Source: Saprospiraceae bacterium
GTDB lineage: Bacteria; Bacteroidota; Bacteroidia; Chitinophagales; Saprospiraceae
Direction of reading: 5' to 3'
NCBI GenBank assembly: GCA_965222975.1
Contig: CBDCVJ010000053.1
Span: forward strand, 2,269 to 66,268
DNA: 64,000 nucleotides
Of this stretch, positions 29,742 to 38,296 are shown one piece after another (the first letter of the stretch is position 1; every line of letters starts with the position of its first letter). The position numbers were made by a program, and so were the translations under genes. Under the pieces are notes generated by a model that did not search any database, had not been told where the DNA came from, and saw only the letters and a list, made by a program, of their open reading frames with translations.

Positions 29742-29852
29742 GCGATTTGTCCACTATCACCTGAACGAGTACAGGAAATATGGGCATTTAAGTAAAATAG
29801 ATGTCAATAGGGAAAGTGCAGTAGATCATAAAGTTTGTTTAGTTTGTTTAGG

Positions 29853-29910
29853 AGTCAGGAGTCCGTTTTCGAGGGCAAGAAAGCTGATTCCTGAAAACGG
29901 ACACCTGACT
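29853..29910. repeat. Inverted repeat, 18 bp with one mismatch and a 22-nt loop
   Basis: AGTCAGGAGTCCGTTTTC ... GAAAACGGACACCTGACT, lying between divergently transcribed genes. Confidence 0.8.
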
Positions 29911-29980
29911 TCTCAATCTATAAAGGCCACAAATTATGTCTTTTAACTTGGAATAAACAAATTTGGCCACAAAAATTTAT

Positions 29981-30697
29981 ATGGAAAAAATAAGAATACA
30001 TAATGACGGGGATGCATCTACCCTGTCGGAACGCCTGCAACAGCATTTTGACAACCTTCTTAAAAACCTGCCCACATTGCCACGAGGTGTCTCATGGCTG
30101 TTGCCATTGCTCGAAGAACCTGAGACGGTTAAAGTGACCCAATTGTTTTTGGATCAATATTACAACGATGCCCATGCCCGTACCCTTATCCTCGGCATCA
30201 ATCCGGGCCGTTTTGGGGCAGGTATTACCAATGTCGCATTTACCGGCCCTGTTATGCTTGAGCGAGAATGTGGTATTGAAAATTCCTTCCATAAAAGGGC
30301 AGAGCTTTCGGCAGTTTTTATTTATAAAATGATAAATGCCTGGGGTGGGGTAGCGCCATTTTACCAAAAATATTTCATCAATTCTGTTGTTCCGTTTGGC
30401 TTTGTTAAAAACGGGGTTAATTATAATTATTACGATGATAAAACACTGCAAAACGCCATGTTGCCATTTATCAAATACCATATCGAAAAATTATTGGAAA
30501 TGGGGATGAATAAAGAGGTGTGCTTTTGCCTCGGCGAGGGTAAGAATTTTAAATTTTTAAATAAATTAAATGAAAAAGAAAAGTATTTTGACGAGGTAAT
30601 CCCGCTATCTCATCCTCGTTATATTATGCAGTATAAAAGAAAAAAATTAGAGGAATATATTGGGAGATATGTTGAGGCTTTGAATGCTTGGGTATAA
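29981..30697 (+). CDS. Uracil-DNA glycosylase superfamily protein (SMUG2/DUF4918-like)
   Basis: Start moved to ATG 29981. UDG motif A-like ILGINPGRFGAGITNVAFTG and motif B-like LSHPRY. Confidence 0.65.
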   Translation: MEKIRIHNDGDASTLSERLQQHFDNLLKNLPTLPRGVSWLLPLLEEPETVKVTQLFLDQYYNDAHARTLILGINPGRFGAGITNVAFTGPVMLERECGIENSFHKRAELSAVFIYKMINAWGGVAPFYQKYFINSVVPFGFVKNGVNYNYYDDKTLQNAMLPFIKYHIEKLLEMGMNKEVCFCLGEGKNFKFLNKLNEKEKYFDEVIPLSHPRYIMQYKRKKLEEYIGRYVEALNAWV

Positions 30698-30759
30698 AAC
30701 ATTGACTTGTCACGATTTTTTTGGATTTATTCGATTTATGATTTAGTATCCAACTATAG

Positions 30760-31959
30760 TCAAAACCGCTTTAATATTTTTTCAACAATTGTCTTACCAA
30801 TGGCCAGAGAAGCAGTAGCCGCAGGTGATGGTGCATTGCACACATTGATGATTTTGTCATTTTCAAAAATGACAAAATCATCCAATAAATTTCCTTTTGA
30901 ATCACATGCCATTGCCCTTACCCCTGCGCCGCCTGTGATTAGGTCTTCCTCCCGAATTTCTGGTATTAATTTTTGAAGGGTTTTGACAAAGGCTTTTTTT
31001 GAAAAAGATCGGCGCATTTCGTCCAATCCTTCTTTCCAATACTTTCCAGCAATTTTCCGAAAGCCTTTGCTGGTAAGCGTTTCGAAGAGTTCGCCTAAAT
31101 GGAAGTCGCTTTTTTTATACCCTTCTCTCCTAAAGGCCAATACGGCATTTGGCCCTGCTTCAATCCCGCCTTCCATCATCCGGGTGAAATGTACGCCGAG
31201 GAAAGGAAATGCTGGATTAGGGACGGGGTAGATTAAATTGTTTACAAGGTATTCTTTTTCTTTTATTAATTTATAATATTCGCCACGAAAAGGAAGGATT
31301 ATAATATCCAGTTCAGGCATGGTCATTTTGGCAATTTTATCCGAATATAACCCCGCACAATTCACCATAATATTTGCTGAAAATTCCTGCCTGCTTGAAC
31401 TTATTGTTACCTTGCTGTTTTTTGTTTCGATTTTTTCGACTTTATGTGAACAATATAATTTGCCCCCCATGCGCTCGATTAATTCGCAATATTTAGCCGC
31501 TACATCTTTAAAGTTTATTATCCCTGCTTGGGGTACATATATTCCTTTTATACTTGTTACATGAGATTCTATTGTATTAATTTCTTCAGGTGTTACTTTT
31601 TTTAATCCGACCAACCCATTTGCTATCCCTGTGTTATAAATGTTTTCTAAAATATTTAATTCGCTTTTTTGAGTGGCAACGATCACTTTTCCGCACAACT
31701 CAAACTCGACATCATTTTTTTTGCAAAATTCAATCAACTGATTATACCCTTTTATGCAATTTAATGCTCTTAAGCTTCTCGGTTTATAATAGATGCCGGA
31801 ATGTATTACACCGCTATTGTTCCCAGTTTGGTGTTGGGCTATTTTGTTTTCTTTTTCAATTAAAGCTAACTTTATTTTCGGATTTTTTTTCAGCAATTGA
31901 TAGGCCGTTGCCAAACCGACAATTCCTGCTCCCACTATTATGACATCATATTTTTCCAT
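30760..31959 (-). CDS. lhgO: L-2-hydroxyglutarate oxidase (FAD-dependent)
   Basis: Start moved to ATG 31959. YDVIIVGAGIVGLATA dinucleotide fold and HQTGNNSGVIHSGIYYKPRSLRA signature. Confidence 0.8.
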   Translation of the reverse strand: MEKYDVIIVGAGIVGLATAYQLLKKNPKIKLALIEKENKIAQHQTGNNSGVIHSGIYYKPRSLRALNCIKGYNQLIEFCKKNDVEFELCGKVIVATQKSELNILENIYNTGIANGLVGLKKVTPEEINTIESHVTSIKGIYVPQAGIINFKDVAAKYCELIERMGGKLYCSHKVEKIETKNSKVTISSSRQEFSANIMVNCAGLYSDKIAKMTMPELDIIILPFRGEYYKLIKEKEYLVNNLIYPVPNPAFPFLGVHFTRMMEGGIEAGPNAVLAFRREGYKKSDFHLGELFETLTSKGFRKIAGKYWKEGLDEMRRSFSKKAFVKTLQKLIPEIREEDLITGGAGVRAMACDSKGNLLDDFVIFENDKIINVCNAPSPAATASLAIGKTIVEKILKRF

Positions 31960-32035
31960 AAATAAAAAACATTGACATATACGCCATAATAAAAAGAGAG
32001 GGGATAAAAAAAATATTTTTTTATCCCCTCTCTTT

Positions 32036-33265
32036 TTATTCAACCCTTTTCATCCTCGCCATGTAAAAGCCATCACATCCATATTTGGCAGGAGAGATAT
32101 TTCGCTCTTCTTCCAGTTCGAAATCCTTGTTGTTTTCCAAAAAATGAGCGACCTGTTCTTCATTTTCAGAAGGCAGGATACTACAGGTTGCATACACCAT
32201 CAGGCCACCAGGTTTGACCATTTGACTGTAACGTTGGAGGATGTCGGCTTGCGTCTTTTTTATTCTTTCAATAAAATCAAGTGATAATTTCCACTTTGCA
32301 TCTGGGTTGCGACGGAGAACACCAAGCCCCGAACAAGGTACGTCGAGTAAGAGTCGATCGGCACTTGAGTGGAGCCGTTTAATGGCCTTAGAGGATTTTA
32401 TTGGCCTATGTTCAATAATGTGAATGCCATTACGGCGGGCCCGTTTTTTCAGTTCGTTCAATTTCCAGGCTTCTGTGTCAAGGGCGATGATGGTTCCTTT
32501 GTTTTCCATGAGGGTGGCGAGGTGGAGCGATTTTCCACCTGCCCCTGCACAGGCATCAACCACCCGCATGCCAGGTTCGGGTTTTAAGAAGGGTGCAATG
32601 CGCTGAGAGCCAGTGTCTTGAACCTCGAAATAGCCTTTTTTAAAATAAAGGCTGGTAAAAATATTGCCGCGCTTTGCAAGTATGAGAGCGTCAGGGGCAA
32701 TAGGAGATGCTGAAGTTTCCCAATTGCTTTTCTGAAGTAGTTTCTTCAGTTTGTACTTGGTAGTATTCAGGGTGTTGACCCGGATGGCAACATCGGCTTG
32801 TTTATTGAGGGCTTCTATTTCTTTGTCCCATTGGCCGCCCAATTCTTTAACAGCTAATTCATCCATCCAGTCTGGGATAGATTGAATGATTTTCCGTTCC
32901 TTTCCCAGTTTTAGTTTTTTGTTAAAAACGGCCTTCCTGCTTAGTTCGCTGAACGCAGCCCATTGAGGCAACTGGAAGTTTTTCAGGAGTAGGTTAATAC
33001 CAAGCAATCGGATTAAATCTTCATCCGTCCCTTTTCCGTCATTTTCCCAACGACGGCCATCCAGTTTTCGCAGCAACCTCCACCAACGCACCATTTCATA
33101 GACATTTTCAGCAACAAAAGCCCTGTCACGGCTGCCCCATTTGGGGTTGTTTTTGAATTGGAACTGGATTGCTTTGTCGGCATAGCGGTTTTCTTGAAAA
33201 ATTTCCCGAAGGCAATCAACCACACCTTTGACAAGGGGAGGGTGTAATTTTATCTGTTTCAGCAT
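32036..33265 (-). CDS. RsmB/NOL1/NOP2/Sun-family RNA m5C methyltransferase
   Basis: SAM motif DACAGAGGKSLHLA, plus catalytic cysteine motifs DVPCSGLGVLRRNPD and VYATCS. Confidence 0.8.
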   Translation of the reverse strand: MLKQIKLHPPLVKGVVDCLREIFQENRYADKAIQFQFKNNPKWGSRDRAFVAENVYEMVRWWRLLRKLDGRRWENDGKGTDEDLIRLLGINLLLKNFQLPQWAAFSELSRKAVFNKKLKLGKERKIIQSIPDWMDELAVKELGGQWDKEIEALNKQADVAIRVNTLNTTKYKLKKLLQKSNWETSASPIAPDALILAKRGNIFTSLYFKKGYFEVQDTGSQRIAPFLKPEPGMRVVDACAGAGGKSLHLATLMENKGTIIALDTEAWKLNELKKRARRNGIHIIEHRPIKSSKAIKRLHSSADRLLLDVPCSGLGVLRRNPDAKWKLSLDFIERIKKTQADILQRYSQMVKPGGLMVYATCSILPSENEEQVAHFLENNKDFELEEERNISPAKYGCDGFYMARMKRVE

Positions 33266-33384
33266 TATTTGTTTTTTGTAAAAAGCAAGGCGCAAAAGTC
33301 TTTATATATTGTTGACTTTCAACTATCATTGGCTTTCTTTTTTGGTTCTTTGGCAATTTTTGTGAAGCAGGAAAAAACAAGAAG

Positions 33385-33430
33385 AGAGGGAGGTGAAAAA
33401 TAAAAAATTTTTTATTTTTCACCTCCCTCT
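33385..33430. repeat. 23-bp perfect palindrome without spacer
   Basis: AGAGGGAGGTGAAAAATAAAAAA immediately followed by its exact reverse complement. Lies between divergent gene starts 33265 (-) and 33526 (+). Confidence 0.9.
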
Positions 33431-33525
33431 TTATCAGTGTTTTAGATGGCCTCCACAGGATTCCTGCCTGTCGGCTGACAGGTGTCAAAGAACCTCTTTT
33501 TTTACAAAACACAAAACGAAGAATC

Positions 33526-34644
33526 ATGAAATATTTTTGTCTATTGCTTGCATGCTTTTTTAGTATTTACCTTTTTTCCCAGATACCGCACGAGCATAGC
33601 AGTAACCGGGCGATCCAATTCCCCGATATTCCGGGCTATAAGACATTGACTTGTGATTTCCACATGCATACGGTTTTTTCCGATGGCCATGTCTGGCCAA
33701 GCATCCGGGTAAAAGAGGCGCTTCGGGACAGCTTGGATGCCATTTCCCTTACTGAACATTTGGAGTACCAACCCCGTGAAAAAGACATTCCACACCCTGA
33801 TAGGAATAGATCTTACGAGGTAGCAGAACAAAATGCCCGTGCACATGACCTCATCATAGTAAAAGGCAGCGAAATAACCCGTGCTATGCCACCGGGACAT
33901 CACAATGCCATTTTTATTGACGATGCCAATAAGCTACTGATAAAGGATAGCTTGGAAGTGTTTAGGGAGGCCAATAGGCAAGGTGCATTTGTGTTTTGGA
34001 ACCACCCCAATTGGATAGCTCAGACCAAAGATGGCGTCGCTAAATTGACGGATATGCACCGCTACCTTATTTCCGAAGGCCTGCTTCACGGCATTGAAGT
34101 GGTGAATGAATTTACCTATTCCGATGAAGCTCTACAGATCGCACTTGACAACGACTTAACGATTATGGGCACATCCGATATACATGGGTTGATTGATTGG
34201 GACTACAAGGTACATGAAGGCGGCCATAGACCTGTGACCCTTGTATTTGCTGAAGAGCGTACGGCAGATGCTATCAAGAAAGGTTTGCAGGAGCGTCACA
34301 CTGTAGTTTGGTATAACAATCTTTTGATCGGAAGAGAAGAATGGTTAGTGCCTCTTATCAAGACTTGTCTTTCTGTGGAAAAAGTACAGTACATGGGGGC
34401 AGCATCTGTGTTGCAGGTTTTTATAAAAAACGACAGTGATGTAGAATTTTTATTGACCAACAATAGCGGCTACACTATGCACGACGGGATCGGTGTTATC
34501 CAGGTTTTTCCAAATACTACTACTAAGATTGAATTAAAAACATTCAAAATATTGGATAGAGTTGATATGAAGTTCCGAGTGCTGAATGCAGTGACCGCAC
34601 CAAATATAAATCCTGTAATTGAAATGTCTGTTGAAATAAATTAA
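33526..34644 (+). CDS. Exported PHP-domain metallophosphoesterase
   Basis: Signal peptide. PHP motif CDFHMHTVFSDGHVWP, with later SLTEH, NHPN and TSDIHG metal ligands. Confidence 0.7.
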   Translation: MKYFCLLLACFFSIYLFSQIPHEHSSNRAIQFPDIPGYKTLTCDFHMHTVFSDGHVWPSIRVKEALRDSLDAISLTEHLEYQPREKDIPHPDRNRSYEVAEQNARAHDLIIVKGSEITRAMPPGHHNAIFIDDANKLLIKDSLEVFREANRQGAFVFWNHPNWIAQTKDGVAKLTDMHRYLISEGLLHGIEVVNEFTYSDEALQIALDNDLTIMGTSDIHGLIDWDYKVHEGGHRPVTLVFAEERTADAIKKGLQERHTVVWYNNLLIGREEWLVPLIKTCLSVEKVQYMGAASVLQVFIKNDSDVEFLLTNNSGYTMHDGIGVIQVFPNTTTKIELKTFKILDRVDMKFRVLNAVTAPNINPVIEMSVEIN

Positions 34645-35696
34645 AAATACCTCGGCGAGTTTACCTTTTCTACCTCTCTGTAAAAATCGTAGCCCAGCAT
34701 AATCTCAAAAGAACCATTGGAGTAATTGGCGATTTCGTTCAACGGGTAATCATAAGCGAAGCCAATCCGGATGCCATTTTCGAGAAGGAAGGTAGCCCAT
34801 ATATCCGCAGAGTCGAAGCTGCTCGTTTTACCATTTTGTTTAGCGAAAGCTGCAAAAGCTGAGCGTAAGGAAGCCCCCAGCCAGAGTTTTTTGTTGAACA
34901 GAAAGGAAGCATCCACATCAAATGAAGTAGGTGCTCCAATTTCTCGGACCAGATTGCCTTTTTTGAAAAACTCAGGAAAGAAGCCAACTGTTTTTATCAA
35001 AAAAGAGGGGCGAAATACAAGTGATTCCCCTTTCAAAGGAACAGCTCCACCTACCGTCAAGTAGAAGTGGCGGTAATTTCTTGCCCATTTGCGGATCGTC
35101 TGTCTTTCTTCTTTGCTTACTTCCCGCAATGAGAACTGGGCCAAGTGCGGAAGGGATGCCCCAGCGTAAAATTTTTCGGTATAAAAGAAAAGACCGGCGC
35201 CAAAATCAGGCATCAGTTCGCTTGGGTTGCCTTTGTTGAAAGCGTTGTCTATTACCTGGGCATCCTTGAAATCCAGTTGGCTCCAGTCTGCTTTCCAGTT
35301 CAGTGCGCCAGCTTGCAGCCCAACTGATAAAGTGCCCTTTCCAAAACTTATTCGGTAAGCATAGCTAACATTTAAAAAAGTTGTTTGATGGGCACCTGCC
35401 TTGTCGTTCGAGAGGTTGAGCCCCAATCCTACAGCTTTGTTGATGGGCGAATGGATCGAGAATGTTTGTGTTACTGGCCTCCCGTCATTATCAGCGCCTT
35501 CGCCCCATCCGAACCATTGGTCGCGGTGCAATGCTACAATGGACATATAGTTCCTACTACCTGCATAACCGGGGTTGTAGGAAAGGGTGTTGAACATGTA
35601 TTTTGTGAATTGAGGCTCTTGTTGGGCCGTTGAAGTCTCACCAAAAAAGAAAAGGAAAAAGGAAAGGCACAGCAATTTTATCCCAGCTTTCCACAT
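34641..35696 (-). CDS. PorP/SprF-family type IX secretion outer-membrane protein
   Basis: Start moved to ATG 35696 (MWKAGIKLLCLSFFLFFF). Signature QQEPQFTKYMFNTLSYNPGYAG and a C-terminal aromatic ending (PRYF). Confidence 0.8.
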   Translation of the reverse strand: MWKAGIKLLCLSFFLFFFGETSTAQQEPQFTKYMFNTLSYNPGYAGSRNYMSIVALHRDQWFGWGEGADNDGRPVTQTFSIHSPINKAVGLGLNLSNDKAGAHQTTFLNVSYAYRISFGKGTLSVGLQAGALNWKADWSQLDFKDAQVIDNAFNKGNPSELMPDFGAGLFFYTEKFYAGASLPHLAQFSLREVSKEERQTIRKWARNYRHFYLTVGGAVPLKGESLVFRPSFLIKTVGFFPEFFKKGNLVREIGAPTSFDVDASFLFNKKLWLGASLRSAFAAFAKQNGKTSSFDSADIWATFLLENGIRIGFAYDYPLNEIANYSNGSFEIMLGYDFYREVEKVNSPRYF

Positions 35697-36014
35697 AGAA
35701 GAAGGAGTAGGTGCAAAGTCCCATTGGATGATTGCTGTGTTTGAATGCATTGAAAAGATACCTGTATGATGTGGGGGGATGTCCAGAGAAATAGTTTGTA
35801 GCCCTGGATTTTCACTAACAAGAGAATAGTATGCCGCTTTTGTAGTTGCTTCTTTCGAACTCATGTAACAATGCCCTATAATGTGTTTGTTTTTAGAGAT
35901 TTGGACAGGTAAGTAATGGTCAAAAAAGTTGCCTTTGGGACAATCGACTGAGGGGAAGAATGCCAAATGTATGGCAATATTCGCTTAATAAAAACTTATG
36001 TGAAATTCTGAAAT

Positions 36015-37175
36015 TTATGGCTGGGCGTTTCTCAGTGCCGCTATCATTGCATCCACTTCACTTTGCGTATTGTAATAGTGCGGGGATACCCGCATCGCCC
36101 AATCAACTCCTTTTTCTGTGAAGTCAATTACTGCATTGAAAGTACGGGCGAAACCCGCATTGATATTGGCTTTGACAAGTGCTTTGCTAAAATCTTTAGG
36201 CCTCCCGCTTTCATGATGCGCAGTGACGATACCACATTTTCTCTTTCCTTTATCAAGCACTCGCCAGCCAGGCAGGCTGGCCAGTTCTCGACGGGTGTAA
36301 CTGGCCAAAGAGGTTACCCGCTCTTCAATGTTTCCAAGCCCGATTCCAAGAGCGTAGTCAGTTGCTACTTTGCTCCCCAGCATCAGTGCATAGTTTTTTT
36401 CAAAATAACCATATCGAAGTGCTTTTGGGGAAGATTGGTATTCATTGGCAGCAATCCACGTGGCACCGCTCAGGTCTGGGAAAATGGGTTCGAGGCCTGC
36501 CTGCAATGCTTTATCTGAAACATACAGAAAGCCTGCACCTCGTGGGCCCCGTAACCATTTTCGAAAGGTAGCGCTGAAAAAATCACAGCCCATTTTTTCA
36601 ACATTCAGGGGCATTTGCCCTGCTGATTGACAACCATCCACCAAGTACCAGATATCATGCTTTCTGCACAATTGGCCAATACTTTCCACATCTTGTATCA
36701 ACCCTGAATTGGTTGGGATATGTGTGACTGCCACCAATTTGGGTCTGTGTTTTTTAATTAAATTTTCTACTGAATCGACATCCACTCCTCCTTCTGCCAA
36801 CTTGGCTGCCCGAACAATTTGTACTCCCCTGGTTTTTGCCAAAAACAGAAAAGCGATCTGATTGGAAGAATAGTCGTCATCGGTGGTCAATATTACATCG
36901 CCACTATCAAGTGGGATGGACGAAAGAGCTTTATTGTATGCCTCTGTTGCGCCACTGCACACGAATTCCACATTTTCGGATTTGGTGTTTAGGAGTCTTG
37001 CACAAGATTGATAAAACCCTTCGACCTCACCCGCTCTTGCTGCCGCTATTTCATATCCTCCATGCAATGCTTCTTCTTTTAGATATTCCTGCACTGATTC
37101 GATCACTGGGGTAGGGGGGAAGGCTTGCTCCAGCGTTATTGAGGTGGTTGTGAAATTTGGTGCCTGGAGTGTCAC
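36015..37175 (-). CDS. Class-V aminotransferase-fold PLP enzyme (cysteine desulfurase / epimerase-like)
   Basis: 386 aa. THIPTNSGLIQD, DGCQSAGQMP and SATFRKWLRGPRGAGFLY (PLP-lysine region). Confidence 0.7.
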   Translation of the reverse strand: MTLQAPNFTTTSITLEQAFPPTPVIESVQEYLKEEALHGGYEIAAARAGEVEGFYQSCARLLNTKSENVEFVCSGATEAYNKALSSIPLDSGDVILTTDDDYSSNQIAFLFLAKTRGVQIVRAAKLAEGGVDVDSVENLIKKHRPKLVAVTHIPTNSGLIQDVESIGQLCRKHDIWYLVDGCQSAGQMPLNVEKMGCDFFSATFRKWLRGPRGAGFLYVSDKALQAGLEPIFPDLSGATWIAANEYQSSPKALRYGYFEKNYALMLGSKVATDYALGIGLGNIEERVTSLASYTRRELASLPGWRVLDKGKRKCGIVTAHHESGRPKDFSKALVKANINAGFARTFNAVIDFTEKGVDWAMRVSPHYYNTQSEVDAMIAALRNAQP

Positions 37176-37193
37176 TGCGGAGTTGTTCGATGT

Positions 37194-38087
37194 TCATTTA
37201 ATTGTTTTTGGAAATCTGTAATTGAGCAGCCAGTTCAAAAGCGGCACTGTCGTGTCGGTTGTTTGGGTTGGTAAAACGCCGAGCAGCCAAAAATTTTTCC
37301 ATTTGTAGCCAAAATGAAAAGCGGCATCTACTGGGAAATCGTTTCTCATGGAATAGCCAAAGTAAAATTTATCGGAGAAAAATATGGATAAAGACCCTTT
37401 AAAATCAGAAAAATAGTCAAAATAATCACCGTTCAAAATAGCATCAATTCTAACAGTTACATCCTTTTTTAATCTATAAAAATAATTCAGATAAAAATAT
37501 GGTTTTAAATGACCATAAATAGTTGAAAAATAAAAAAATCCGTCAAAATTAGGAGTGTAACCTGTACCAAAACAATTCCTACAACTTACCCCTATATTTA
37601 AATTTTTCCAACCAATTTCCATCCCTGCATTAAATTGTAAAGTACTTTTCCCATAATAACCTTTTTGTAAATTAAATCCATTTGGCAATACTTCATCCTC
37701 TTTAACAAAAAACGATTGAGAACGCATGGCTATTTCCCCGCCCAATGCAAAGGATAAATTTTTTCTCAAATTTAATTTTTTATTAAAAAATAAACCCAGT
37801 TCTTGAACATTATAATAAAACTTATGGAAGGAGAAAAAATTTACACCGACAGTCATTTTATTTTTTGGAAATGGCATGGAAACCCCACCCGTCAAATTCA
37901 AAAACCCATTCTTTTCTGACTTTTCCCAGGAAGAAATAGAATTGACGACTATTAAAGAATCGGAGGATTGAGCACTCGGATTGTAAAAATTAGGATGCCA
38001 AAAATAGAGGTAAAAATTGCCTGCGTCGTATTGGGCATTTAATCGAAAAAATAAAATAATTAATGATATAGTAAAGAGCGTTTTCAT
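37194..38087 (-). CDS. Outer-membrane beta-barrel protein, divergent PorP/SprF-like
   Basis: Signal peptide then QYDAGNFYLYFWHPNFYNPSAQ (weak PorP/SprF N-motif). Alternating strand pattern throughout. Confidence 0.45.
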   Translation of the reverse strand: MKTLFTISLIILFFRLNAQYDAGNFYLYFWHPNFYNPSAQSSDSLIVVNSISSWEKSEKNGFLNLTGGVSMPFPKNKMTVGVNFFSFHKFYYNVQELGLFFNKKLNLRKNLSFALGGEIAMRSQSFFVKEDEVLPNGFNLQKGYYGKSTLQFNAGMEIGWKNLNIGVSCRNCFGTGYTPNFDGFFYFSTIYGHLKPYFYLNYFYRLKKDVTVRIDAILNGDYFDYFSDFKGSLSIFFSDKFYFGYSMRNDFPVDAAFHFGYKWKNFWLLGVLPTQTTDTTVPLLNWLLNYRFPKTIK

Positions 38088-38296
38088 TTATTAATTTTTA
38101 AGAAAATAACAGGTTTCAATTCAATAGTCTGCATTTTTCCGAAAGCCGAAATTTTGAATCTCGGAATAAATAGTAAAAATAATTTATTGGAAGAACTTCC
38201 AAAATTCAAAATTTCAGTTCTTGTGGCCAATTTCAAAGGCACATTTTTATTTCCATAATACCTAAAACCTAATTCCCCAACCCCCAATTCACTAAT

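Noticed and set aside
38084-38287. 67-aa ORF between the barrel gene and the S9 peptidase
   Set aside because: AT-rich intergenic sequence. There is no start context or motif, and the composition is unlike neighbouring genes.
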